From contig DF237010.1 of assembly GCA_000708835.1 (NCBI GenBank), positions 191,511-255,510 of the forward strand: a stretch of 64,000 nt of DNA. The letters are read 5' to 3'. The notes under the pieces were generated by a model. It worked only from the letters and a program-made list of their open reading frames with translations, was not told the origin of the DNA and ran no database searches. Below, one piece after another: positions 25,243-36,449 of the stretch. This DNA is from Klebsormidium nitens. Taxonomy: Eukaryota > Plantae > Klebsormidiophyceae. The first letter of the stretch is position 1. Every line of letters starts with the position of its first letter. The position numbers and the translations under genes were made by a program.

Positions 25243-28200
25243 TCAGAATCGATACTCTGGTTCTACCTCGAGCGCCCATGTAAATTTGTTGAGCAAGGAC
25301 TTGTTAAAGATCTGCGGAGAGTAACTCGATCGTTAGGAGAAGGAAGTTGCTGTTTCCGATGCTCCCCTTTTGAGCATGCGTGCACAAGCAAACCACGCGG
25401 ATCGGGGTACGAAACAAGTGTTGCGAAGCGGGACTCCAAAAAGAGCTCTCGACAAAGGCCGTACTGCAGAATTCACACTTGATACCGTTCAACAGGGTAA
25501 CGGAAGCCCCGGCCTGACAAGCTCTCAAAATCCGTGACAGAAAGTGCAAAGTAGAAGACAGTAGCACATCTCAACTTAGACGGTGGAAACAAAAGTCTAT
25601 CTATGAGCAGCAAAGACACAAGGTGCCAGCTCACCTTTTCGATAGGCACTTCGTGCTTTTTGCACCAGGCAACACTGATCCGCGGGTCCATATAATTGAT
25701 CTTGGACGTGCCCAAGGCGACTGTCTTGAGGTCGTCCTTCTGCGCCATCTCGTGCGCAATCTTGCGCAGCTGGAGCTCCTTTTTCTCTATTTGCCGTTGC
25801 ACCCTGCAGACCAGCAGTGGACTTTTCAGCACAGTGAGAACGGTCCTCAGTCCTACCACTCTGCGCCTTAGGACTGATAATTAAGGCATTCCTCTGAAAC
25901 TGCTGGTGACAGCAGATTAGATCCACTCCGAAGCCGTCCCAAATAACCAATCAATGAAGAGCTTTCCTCGAAATCTCCCACTTGAAAATTCGTCAAAGCG
26001 ACAAAGAAACGGTTCCACAAACCCCGTTCCACGCCAAACCCCCAACACTCCCTTCCAAAAGCACTGACAGCATCAGACACGCGGCGGCGCACTCACGCGT
26101 CCGGCTGCTGCACTTTCTTCTCCTTGTCCTCCCCCGGCCGCTTCTTGGGCGGTTTCCCTTTCCTGGCGCGCGCGAGGTCCTCCTTGAGGAAGCCCAGCTC
26201 CTCCTCCGCCTCCTTGAGCTTCAGGCTCAGCTTCTCCATCTGGCCCTCGTGCGCCTTGGACACGCTCCGCTGATGGTTGCACAGAATGGCCACCTGCGCA
26301 CGCACGTAACCTGTGCTCAGCAAGCTCTTTTATAACCTTTTGTTAGCTGCAAGCATGCGCGAACGGTCAAGCTCAACAAGCTCTTTTTGAGGCTTCGTTA
26401 GCTGCGAGCGAGCGCGGACGGTCACGCTCAACAAGCGCTGATTCTTTGTTCATTCAATGGCCGCATGCGTGCTCCTACTGCCAATACTTTTGTCCAGACG
26501 TGCAGAAGCAGGTGAGGAAGTTTACAAGAAACTACCGGCAGACCTTTTCTGTCAGGCATGACTAACCATTGGTTAAGAGTCAGCAACCAAAACATCAAGC
26601 ATTGGAATCATCCTAAACCATGAAGCGGACGTGACCAAAATAAACATGCAAACCACGCCTGCCCCCTGTGGCTGCATCAACTTGACACCACTGTCCATGG
26701 GCCAGCTGTCCTTACCTCCTTGTTGGCCTTTTGGTAGCTCGCAATTTTCTCCAGCACCGTGGTGCCGTCAGTGTCCACCAGCTGCACACGCGCTGTGCTT
26801 GGGTCAGCTCTGACTCTGTCGCTTAACTTTATTAAGGCGCCATAGTCCAACCTCTGGTGTCAAAGTCCAAACTCTGGTGTAACAAAGTTGAGGCTCTGAC
26901 ACTCCCCAAACCAAACCGTCCCTCATTCTTAAAAAGCATCACACTCTTGCCCCGTAGCACATCTCAATCAATGCTACAAAGTGACCGAGCTAGCAAGGTG
27001 AGACGACGCTGCAGAGGAACTTTCCAACAACGTCTGAAACCTTTACCAAAGAAAGACGCTAGAAATCGTCGAATCACCAGCTTGTCCTGCGCTGGGGGGA
27101 ACAAGAGCCATTACACGAGACAGCTATGCGTCCTCTTATGTGGATCACGAAGGCGTACGAAAGCTCACCAGCTTGTCCAGCGTGTAGGACGCGTTGTAGG
27201 TACGGAACACCTTGGCAGTAAGGCCGGGCATCAGCCCCTTGAGGTGCGTGTTCACCTTGGTCGTGTTCAGGGTGTCGAACAGGTCGTCGTCGAACTTTTT
27301 GCCTGGATGAGAACGTTTGTGAATGCGTCCGTCACTCCTCTGTCCTCGTTTAGAGAGCTTTTGTAAAAAGTGCTATTACATGCAACTGTGTTCTTATACG
27401 CTTGGCAACAGCGGGCAGCGCTTCGGCTGCCTCGATCTGATGAGCAAGCCCAATTTCGTGTTGCTGAGTTAGATACATCGGCGTTAAGCGAAAACTGAGT
27501 CGGAAGGCTGCAACATTGCAAATGATTCTCCCAAGCAACCAATTCTTGGAGGCACTTAGCCGGCCTTCCAAGCACAGGTTTCAAAGATTCAATTGTGCGC
27601 CTTCTGAAGAGCGAGTTCCGTGCTTGGCGGAACCCACTCCTTCGGAGAGAAAAGTTTGGTTCTTGTGGGCACGTTGTGGCCAAGCGTACATCTCTGCAGC
27701 ACAAGCCAATCAAAAAACACCTAGCTGGTCGGTGACAGCTGGCGCCCGCACTCAAGCAGGGAGCACTTGCCTTTCTTGAATGAGCCGATGGCCTCGTAGA
27801 CCAAGTGGTTCACTTGCACCGTGTTGAAGTACCGAATCGAGTCCTTCCCCAGGAAGTCGAACTGCGAGCAGGAAAACCAAATAATTTTTCTATCCCTCAG
27901 ATGGAGAGCTGAGCCACAATCTGGAACTGCTTTCGACAACATTCTTCTGATGCTTGTTTCCTTCCCCCTGCAAAAAGCCTGTCACGCCGGAACGGGGTAT
28001 ACTGATAGACTGGAGTTGGTCTTGCATTTTCGATCATTCTCTGGTTGTCAGAATTTGCAGCCAGAAGGTAAGAACGGCCTTCTCGCCATGAATTCAACGG
28101 CCCTTGACTTTGAACAGATGCAAAGGTGGAGAGCAGAACGCTGGCGGATCGTACCTCGAGCGATGTGGGAGGAATCTGCTTCACATGCTGGATCTTGAGC

Positions 28201-31200
28201 GAGCAGCAGCCCACAGTGTCGGCCTCGTCTTCGTCCTGGAATCGAGACAAACGGCATTGAGAATTGCACATTGTCTAAAAGAGCATATCTTCCTCCTAGG
28301 AGTTGGAGTCAGTATGATGATCTGGAATAAGTGTAATAATATATGCTTCTTCGCCTTCCTTCTGAGAGTTGGACTTAGTATGATGATATCCGCTTCTTCA
28401 CCAAAAGGTAATTCTTTGAGTCATGTATGGTCTTGTTCGCTTCTCTGGCAACCGAGTGTTGGTCGTTGTGGTCGCAAGCAAGCCGATCTCGCCCGCTTTT
28501 TCACAGCGGGCGTATCTGCTCCCCGCTTTCTCACAGCAGGTGTCCGAACGATACATGCAAACTAGAAGGTCCCCAAGATCGACGCTCAAGAAGGAAAAAT
28601 ACTCCAGCGGAAGAGATAACGGAAAGTAACCATTGTCCGAACCTGCTCGCCTTTCAAATGCGTGTCGGACACTTGTTCAAAACCAGACACCGCAAGTAGC
28701 AAGATGACACCGACCAATGGTGCCGCAGCCGCTCACTTTTTCGTTTCCTGCTCTCAGGGCGAGAACGTCGATCAGGTAGACCGCCACGGCAATCTGCTTG
28801 TTCTCGGTGTTCTTGGAAGTGAGGTCGCGGTTGTACTGGTCCCGGATAGCCCCGATGTAATCCTGCAGCGTACAAATGGGTATCAGCGACTTTCAGGAAT
28901 CTGAACACGCTTTGCAAACTTGCAAGCAGCTCTCCGAATTGCATTCACGAGTGCTTCCGACGGTTTAGTTGCGACTCGAAACGGCTGCGTACGCACTGTT
29001 TGGTAATAAGCTCCGGGTGATGCTTCTGGCTAATGAAGAGCCTTTCTGCAGCACATGGTTGGAACAAGCAAACCACACTTCCTTACGAATGAGGCACAGA
29101 GGAGGGCCGGTTGGATCATTCCTTCCAAGCAGCACAGAAGGATCATCAACCTTCCTTCCAGCCAGCACATAAGAATACAGGATTATCATCAACGTCGAAT
29201 GATAACATCGAGCATGCATGCACGTGTCAGCCTGAAACAGAGCGTTCCACAGATCCCTCAGCAAGCCAACCATCAGCAAGCCGATTCAATACGAAGGTGC
29301 GAGTCAGAGAGCAAATGCAACAACCGCTGCGTTGCCTGCAGTGCAGACGCGCTGCGGGCTTAGTGTCTTTTCTTTTTGATTATTGATCGGGCCAGCTCAC
29401 CTTGAGCTTGCGCGCCTTCTCGTACTTCTCCATGTCGCTCTGCCCCTTCCAGCTGCTGCTTGGTGCCAAGAACACGTACTTGAAGTCCTTGGGGCTGATG
29501 GGGTCGTGCCAGAACGCCAGCCACGTCACTGTGGGGTCGTGCCGGATCTCGCCCCACCTGAGAGAGAAGATGTAGTGTTTACTTCCGTTCGCAGTTCTGC
29601 TTGTGATTTGGCTGACCAAGAGACATGGCAAACAGGAGCCTTGGCACAAAAACGCCCTCGACCTCGGGGGAAAAAGGAGAAATTGTGCTCTGGTTTTCAC
29701 CGCTTCAAGACGGGCTCCAGGTTTCAAGTTTGTCGATACCCAAAATCGGAAGTGCTAAGACCTCGAGGAGGGTTGCCTAGAACAGTCTGCTCCGCTGCTC
29801 ATGGAGGGAAGATTGACAGATGCGATACGGGCAGAAGAGATGGATGCGAAATATTCCAGCCATGCAGCGAGATAAGAACTGAAGTAGCACAAAGATCGAT
29901 TTAGACGGGCATGAGCAGTCTTGTTGCCAGTTTGCAGTGACAGAAGCAGTCCAACGGCAGAGGAGTGACTTGAGAATCTCCTGTTTGGTCGACTGGCTCT
30001 AACAGACATATTGTGTCAAATATGGGGGTGGAATGCTGAGCGCCTCACTTGTGCCCTGGAACTGGACACTCCGGGATGGGCGCGTCCTTCCCGATGTTGA
30101 GGGTGATGTCCTCAGGCACTATCCTTTTCTTAACCTTGCCCATCTGAATGCACACCAGAGCTGGGTTAGCCTGTGTAATCCTGCATAACCCTCCTCTTAA
30201 CCCCTGATTAGACCTGTGCAAAGCTTTTCTTAACCTTGCCCATCTGAACGCACACCAAGACTGGGTCAGCCTGTGTCAACTAGTGTGCGCGCATACTGCT
30301 GCAAGCTCTGGCACACAGAACTTGCCATTGCATCCCAAGCAAAAATGTTGCATGCAGCGTGAAGCTGCTGTTTACAAGTGTGCGGAGTTTTGAAACGTGC
30401 ATGCTTCTGGTGGCTGATAGGAAAGAAGTGATGTACAACGGGACGGAGTGCAAACTCCCACCTTTGGATGCTCCCCCCGGCCCCGGAAAAGACCTGGGGG
30501 CTCCACCCTGAAGTTTCCCACCTGCAAAGAAGCCAGGCAGTGAGATCATTGAACTGCACAAGTGATTTACACAACCAGACTTGCTACTTAAAGCAAACAA
30601 GCAGAGACGGAGTCATGCACGGATAAGGAAAGGTATACTAGAGAAGGATGTTGTGCTGATGAAAGCAACAGCCAGAAGGTGCTCGGCAGGGCCACCGGGC
30701 AATCCAAGGTTGCAGATATCATTGATACTCTGAGAGCAAGAGACAGTGCATATACCTGCTCCTTTACCCCATCGACTAGCGCAAACATGTACTTCTCCTC
30801 GGCTTTCAGCTTCTCCTCCTTCAACCGCTTCTTCTCCTGCATGCCAAAAGACCAGCTTTAAGATTCAATTCAGTTGCATCCATTGATTCCCCTTACCGCC
30901 CTACTTTGCATTAACCAATTCCTTTAGTAGTTGGCAGGGGCTTGGCTAAGGATACACATGCACGCATGTAACAGCCATAGCAGGGTCCTCTAAGCAGAGT
31001 CTATTTTGTGTTTACAAAAGTAGAGAAGTTGCGAATGCAGAAAGTGTGAAGAGGAACTCAGAAGCAAAGAATCCCCACCTCGGACGTCATGCTCTTCTTC
31101 CTCTCCTTCTCCTGAAGGTGCCACTCATAGATAGGCGTGAAGTCGCACGGACCGAGCTTCTGAATGACGTGCTTCTTTCCCAGCAGCTTCGACCAGTCGT

Positions 31201-32423
31201 GCCAGAAGTTGGTGACGAACGTCTTCTTCTGGGCCCAGTCAGTGTCCTTCATCACCGCAAAGAAGGTCGCCACCTGCAGACAAGCGCCATGTATGAGGCT
31301 CAGTGACGCCTAGTATCCTTCTTGACCTCAGGAATTTATGCAACACTCAAACGCAGTCGGTATATGACAGCTTGCACAAAGAGTTCAATTGTGCTGCAAA
31401 ATGGCAATCGAAACCGAGCTAAGCAGTGTGCATGCAGCCAGACAAGGAAGAACAAGCAGGAGGCGATTCAAGGCAAAAGCGGTCCGCTTTTCCCAGTGCC
31501 TCAGCTTTTCTTTGCCATGCACCACCACCCTGCCCGCCTCTTAAGCCAGGTTGCTCAAAGGCCAACTAGTCAATGCACAGCAGAGGGTAGTGATCGCGCA
31601 TGACATGCCAGCGGTTGTTTGGACGACTCTCAAATAAGAGTTGACTCCTGCAAGGCAGTGTGTTGATGATAAGAGTGCATACCTCCTCCTGCTCCGGTGT
31701 CAACTGGACAGGCTTCCCATCGTACAGCATCTTCACCCCATGTGGCTGGTATGGTGGCGGGAAAATGACCCCGTTGTGCTCCAAAGTGGTCCACTTCACG
31801 GTCCCGTTCTCGTCTCCATCCTTGGGTGCTTTCTTCCTCTCTGGCGCCTTCGCCTTCGCTGGCGCCTCCTTCTTAACCGGCTTCTTCACCTGCTCCACCT
31901 TGACCTTCTTCTTCCCCTCTACCTTTGCACTCGTCTTCTTCACAGAGGCTTTCACAGCGGACAGTGGCCGATCATCGTCCTCATCGCTGCTGCTGGCTCT
32001 TGGCTCCGGCTTCGCCTTCTTTGACGGCGGCGCCTGCGTCTTCTGCGCGTCTGCAGGCCGCTTCTTCACCACGTTCTTCTCTCCCCCTAGTTGTTTCTCC
32101 TTGGCTGGCAGGGCAGGTTTCTTCTGGACTGCTATTGGAGAGGGCTTGTGCTCTGCCTCCTGGAGAATCTCCCGCCGTTGCACCAGAGGCACGTCGTCGT
32201 CGCTGTCCGATTCCTCCTTCGACGCGGAAACTCCAGTCACCCCCGATTGTGCGGATACATGGCCGCCGGAGGCTATTTGAGGCACATTCTGTACGGGTGG
32301 TTTCAGCAACTGAGGTGATGCGGGGGTGTGCCTCTTAAAGACCAGGGGTGCGTCGTCATCGTCTGAGTCGTAGTGCCCGTTCGAAGGAGCTGGAGCACCA
32401 TTTGGCACGGCGTCCACTTCCAT
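25243..32423 (-). CDS. TOP1: DNA topoisomerase I (type IB), multi-exon
   Basis: Charged N-terminus followed by [140 protein letters not shown], catalytic [12 protein letters not shown], and last exon [22 protein letters not shown] (TGA at 25245-25243). Start at 32423 is the first in-frame ATG after the acceptor at about 32435. Confidence 0.97.
26294..26450 (-). repeat. About 54-bp intronic tandem repeat (about 3 copies), each unit ending in a YAG acceptor-like site, TOP1 intron
   Basis: Minus strand: gcttgttgagcgtgaccgtccgcgctcgctcgcag / ctaac..gcttgttgagcttgaccgttcgcgcatgcttgcag / ctaac..gcttgctgagcacaggttacgtgcgtgcgcag|GTGGCC. AG positions are 26402, 26347 and 26294 (real). Confidence 0.75.
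30124..30277 (-). repeat. Direct duplication (54 bp, 100-bp offset) of a TOP1 3' splice site plus exon head
   Basis: cttttcttaaccttgcccatctgaatgcacaccagagctgggttagcctgtgt (about 30124-30177) versus cttttcttaaccttgcccatctgaacgcacaccaagactgggtcagcctgtgt (about 30224-30277). Confidence 0.85.
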
Positions 32424-33742
32424 CGGAGACAGTCCTGCTGGAGGAAAAGAGGTGTCATTCAAGTTAGCTTTCCGACAAGCTCCGCCTTCATAGGAAGATC
32501 CTGGACGCAGGATGCTGCAAAGGTCCACTCAACCAAGGATATATGAGCAAAGCCGCAAATGCAAACAAGCAAGCGGCCAGCTTGACCCACAACCTGCGCC
32601 AAATCTCACATGACAGATTCTCCAATATATATTCATTGTCCCATCACCCCTGGCCTTCATTGATGGAACTGTATTAAGAATGGAAAACGACGGATTATGC
32701 GGCAACCTAGCTCCAGCAAAGCGGCAGTTTCGGTGGCTGTATCTAATGCACTCGCTTAAAAAAACCCTTCTTTGTGTTCCAAAGAACATCCTTCCTCACA
32801 AAAGCGCGCATTTGTGCTTAAAAAAGACCAGCTTCGAGCGACGAAGCAATGGCCAGGAAACTACATTGTGCTCTTCCTTTAGAGGTTTCTGATGAGCCTG
32901 TACAATGACAGCGAACAATGAAAGAGCATTGAAGCTCCACAAGGCAGCAAAACGGGCTTTTACCTGGAACTACACCCGCCATCAAGGGTTGAGCTCCTTT
33001 CCAAAGGTTACCCCAAATGCGAGCCGCAGCTGCTGATTGATTTCTTCCGCAACTTCTCACTCTCTCGCAGCTTCTCACTCTCTAGCACTCAATGGGCTGA
33101 TAGTCCCTTCTTCTTCGCCTCTAGATATCTTCCTGAACGTTTGACAAGGCTTGTGTAGCCCCAGCACTGGCAGGAGAAGATGCCCCACGTTTAATGTCGA
33201 CAGCTGGGCTCACCATGGCAGCTGGTCAAACGGCAGCGCCAGAGACTGGGCAGAGACGAAGTCCAAGACCGAGTCCCTAGCTCAGCCCTGGCTCATGCAG
33301 CCTCAAGTGCAACCTCAGGCTCAGACTCAGAGTCAGAGTCTGCCAATCCCGTATCTAGACCGGACAGAATTCAATCACCTTCGTCGGTGGATCTTAGAAG
33401 TGCAGGCTCAAGTTTCCTAGTTTAGAAGAACTCTCTGATGACAAAGTGTCGATTGGTCAAAACGAGTTGCCGTGCCTACAGTAGTAGCAAAGTTCAGAAG
33501 TTGGAAAACTCTGGTGCCAATGCCAATGGGATCATGCTACCTACCTTATGTAGATCTATACTCTGATCGGATCAGGGGACAAAGGTCCAACTTCAAACAG
33601 ACTGCAACTTCCTGATCAGAACTTTGCACGTTGAAAGGCCCAAGTTGGGGCACCAAGCTGTCCTAAGAGCACAGTAGCTCCTCCATGCAAAGCTTTTGGT
33701 GATTCTCCACAACTCAAATCAGGTGGAGCAGATTAGCCTGCC

Positions 33743-36449
33743 ATGAAGGACCGCACGGAGCACTTCCGGGATATTGTGCGGCGATTAGTGGCAGAGGAGG
33801 TCATAAATGAAGTAAGTTACTTTATCCTGCTTCACTCTCTGCTCTCGAACTTTCTTTGAAAGTAAGCACGCAGCATTAGTGACCGCAAATGGAATCGGGT
33901 TCTGACTTTTTGTGTGCGCATTCCCTTCTTGAGTTGAAGGTTTTTTGGGGTCATTGTAGGCAAAGAGTACTGATTTGAGGTCCCCTCTAGGTGGTGGCGA
34001 CGATGGATGACTAGCCTGCCACAGAGGCCCTTGAACCTGAGTGGCACCCATATCAGAAGGAGAATGATAACAAGCCCGCAATTGGCACCAATCGGTATTC
34101 ACAGACTGTGGTCACTTGAGCAGGAGAAAGAATGCCATGGGAAAAGAGGCTTCTTGTGGGAAAAGGCATGTCTAGTTGTTCAAATGTCCCTTGTTCACTT
34201 TGTTGTCAGTATCTGAGTTTTTAAAACAGTGGAAGCCATAAGCTTCTTTAAGGGCTCGAGCTTCTAACGCCCAATGCTCTTTCAGGAGAAAAAGAGGAGA
34301 ATCTACTCCAGCTTGATACTCAAAAGGGCACAAGTGCACACACCATTCATCACCACCGCCAATGAGATTGTAAGTCTTGTTACCCTCTCCGTGCGAAGAA
34401 GCACCCAAGTTGTTGTAATGTGGTCTGTTGCTTAACAGAGCAACTGAACAAAAGTAGCTGTACTTTCAACCCTTGTCTTCATAGTCTTGATGAGTGTTGT
34501 GCTATGTAGGATTGCAACTCTTTTGACAACATGGAAACGTGTTCCGCCCTTGTTCCGTTAGGCCATAACAAGAGCTGTCTTTCTCGTACCCCTGGTCCAG
34601 TTTGATTCTGGCAATAGTCACGGTGGATATGTAGGACGAGAATATTCTGACGTCTATCAAAATCATTTGAGTAATGAACCACTCATCTTTGTATCTGATA
34701 GCGCACTCCAGATCAGCCGATGTACACCATTGGCAATGCTGCCGAAGAGCGGACTTCACTTCAAAAAGCCCCCTCACCCTCCCGTTTTGACGCGCCGTGC
34801 AGCGCGCGAACATCCGTGCCATGCGCGCCTTCATTCTGCAGCACCGGCAGGACTACTTGCGCAAGGGGCGCATGACCGAGCGCGAGCGAGACGACCTGGA
34901 GCAGGAGGTGGGGCTGTTTGTCAAAACCTGCCGGCAGCGGATTGACGTCCTGAAAAACGCAGTCTCTGGAGAGGCGCCAACGCAGCAGACGCTGGCCTGG
35001 ATCGGAGGCGAGGGCAGGGCAGGGAACACAAACCTGGTTGCGCACTGGCACGGCGTGGTGAGTGGCCTGTTTGAACTGTGTTTCTGACGGGTCGCTTGAA
35101 GTTTTCCTCCTGTTCCGTTCTTGAAATTACGGGGAGCTTTCAGTCGAAGGTGTGACGATGGTCCTACGCTTTGAACCATGGCAGAATCGTGCTTTAGGAA
35201 CAGACTTTCACCAAATGACTATGTCGAAAAACGTATCGAAGGTCTTGTTGCCTCCAACGTAGACTTGCAAAGCCGTTCGAGAATGTCCAAGAACTACCCC
35301 GCTCTCTCCGCTGGTTTTCTGCGACCTCTTCTGTAATTATCCAGATTTGCTCCAGCCTGCTCGTTCTGCTCAGTCGTCTTGCATTAGCGTTTCCGTTGAT
35401 GTATCTTCAGCGACACTCATTTCTGCTTTTTGAAACACACCTTGCGCATGCGCCCAGTACTCTTGGATTGTTTTGCAAAATTCGGTTGAGATAGATGCGC
35501 TCTCTGCTCCAGGTGCTCATCCTGAGCGAGCGCTTGCACTGTGTCACTTCCATGTTCGACCGGATGCGAGCAGCCCACTTCGAGGAGATTCTCCAGGAGA
35601 GCAAGCCCGCAAAAAGAGAAGGCATCCCAACTAGAGCGCGGAAGTCTTTGCCACGGCCGGCCCCCAGCGGCCCAGGACGAGGCCACGAAGCTAACGGGGA
35701 GGCCGCCGAGCGAATGGAAGAACAGGTCCAAGAATACGACGAAACGAGAGCGCTGCAGGTGAGCAAGTGCTTCAGGACTTTGCAGTAAAGTCTGGGCCGT
35801 CCCAAATTCTGCTCTTCACCTTCGTGCACCTGCAAACGCGGAGACTTAAAACGTTCGGAAAGCTGTGGTACTCCAATTCAGAAAAGATTTGGGGTCAACA
35901 ATGAGTCGAACGAGACACGTGCTGGATGGTAGAGATGCCTCTATTTGATGATCACAGTACTGTTTGACTGTACAATCGCTCATTTGATGGTCGAGATTTT
36001 GATGGTCGAGATTAACAGACGCTCGTTGGCCTGTTGTGTTCTCTCTCGATCATCAAAAGGAAGGCGCATCGGTCAAGTGCACACTTTGAGAAGCAACATC
36101 GGTCCCTTAATTGACGAACTCGTTTGCCAAGGACTTCGTATTGGTCTTACCCGTTGTGAGTCCTTCGCAGCTGGAGCTTGCGGGGCTTGCGGAGGGCGCA
36201 GCAGCCGTTGAGGGGAAGGTACTGGAGATGACGGCGCTCAGCCACCTCTTCTCAACGCGGGTTCTTCAACAGGCGCAGCAAATAGAACAGCTATATAACC
36301 AGGCCGTCGAAGCCACCACGTACATAAAGAAGGGGAACACCGAGTTGCGGAAGACAGTGGATCGGAACAGCGACGGAAGGATATTCGTCATTCTCTTTTT
36401 CGTGATCATGATACTGGCGGTCCTCTTCCTGGACTGGTATAGTCCTTAA
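33743..36449 (+). CDS. SYP81: Syntaxin-81 (SYP81 / syntaxin-18 / Ufe1, ER Qa-SNARE), about 310 aa, 5 exons
   Basis: Exons 33743-33811, 34286-34369, 34803-35057, 35513-35758, 36171-36449 are in frame (933 nt). Motifs: MKDRTEHFRD, FILQHRQDY..TERERDDLEQEVGLFVKTCRQRIDVL, AHWHGVVLILSERLH, LLEMTALSHLFSTRVLQQAQQIEQLY, C-terminal TM ending LFLDWYSP. Confidence 0.93.

Noticed and set aside
32880-33420. Interrupted reading frames between TOP1 and SYP81 suggestive of a pseudogene
   Set aside because: Multiple stops, no recognisable domain, and the region is adequately explained as 5' UTR and promoter sequence.
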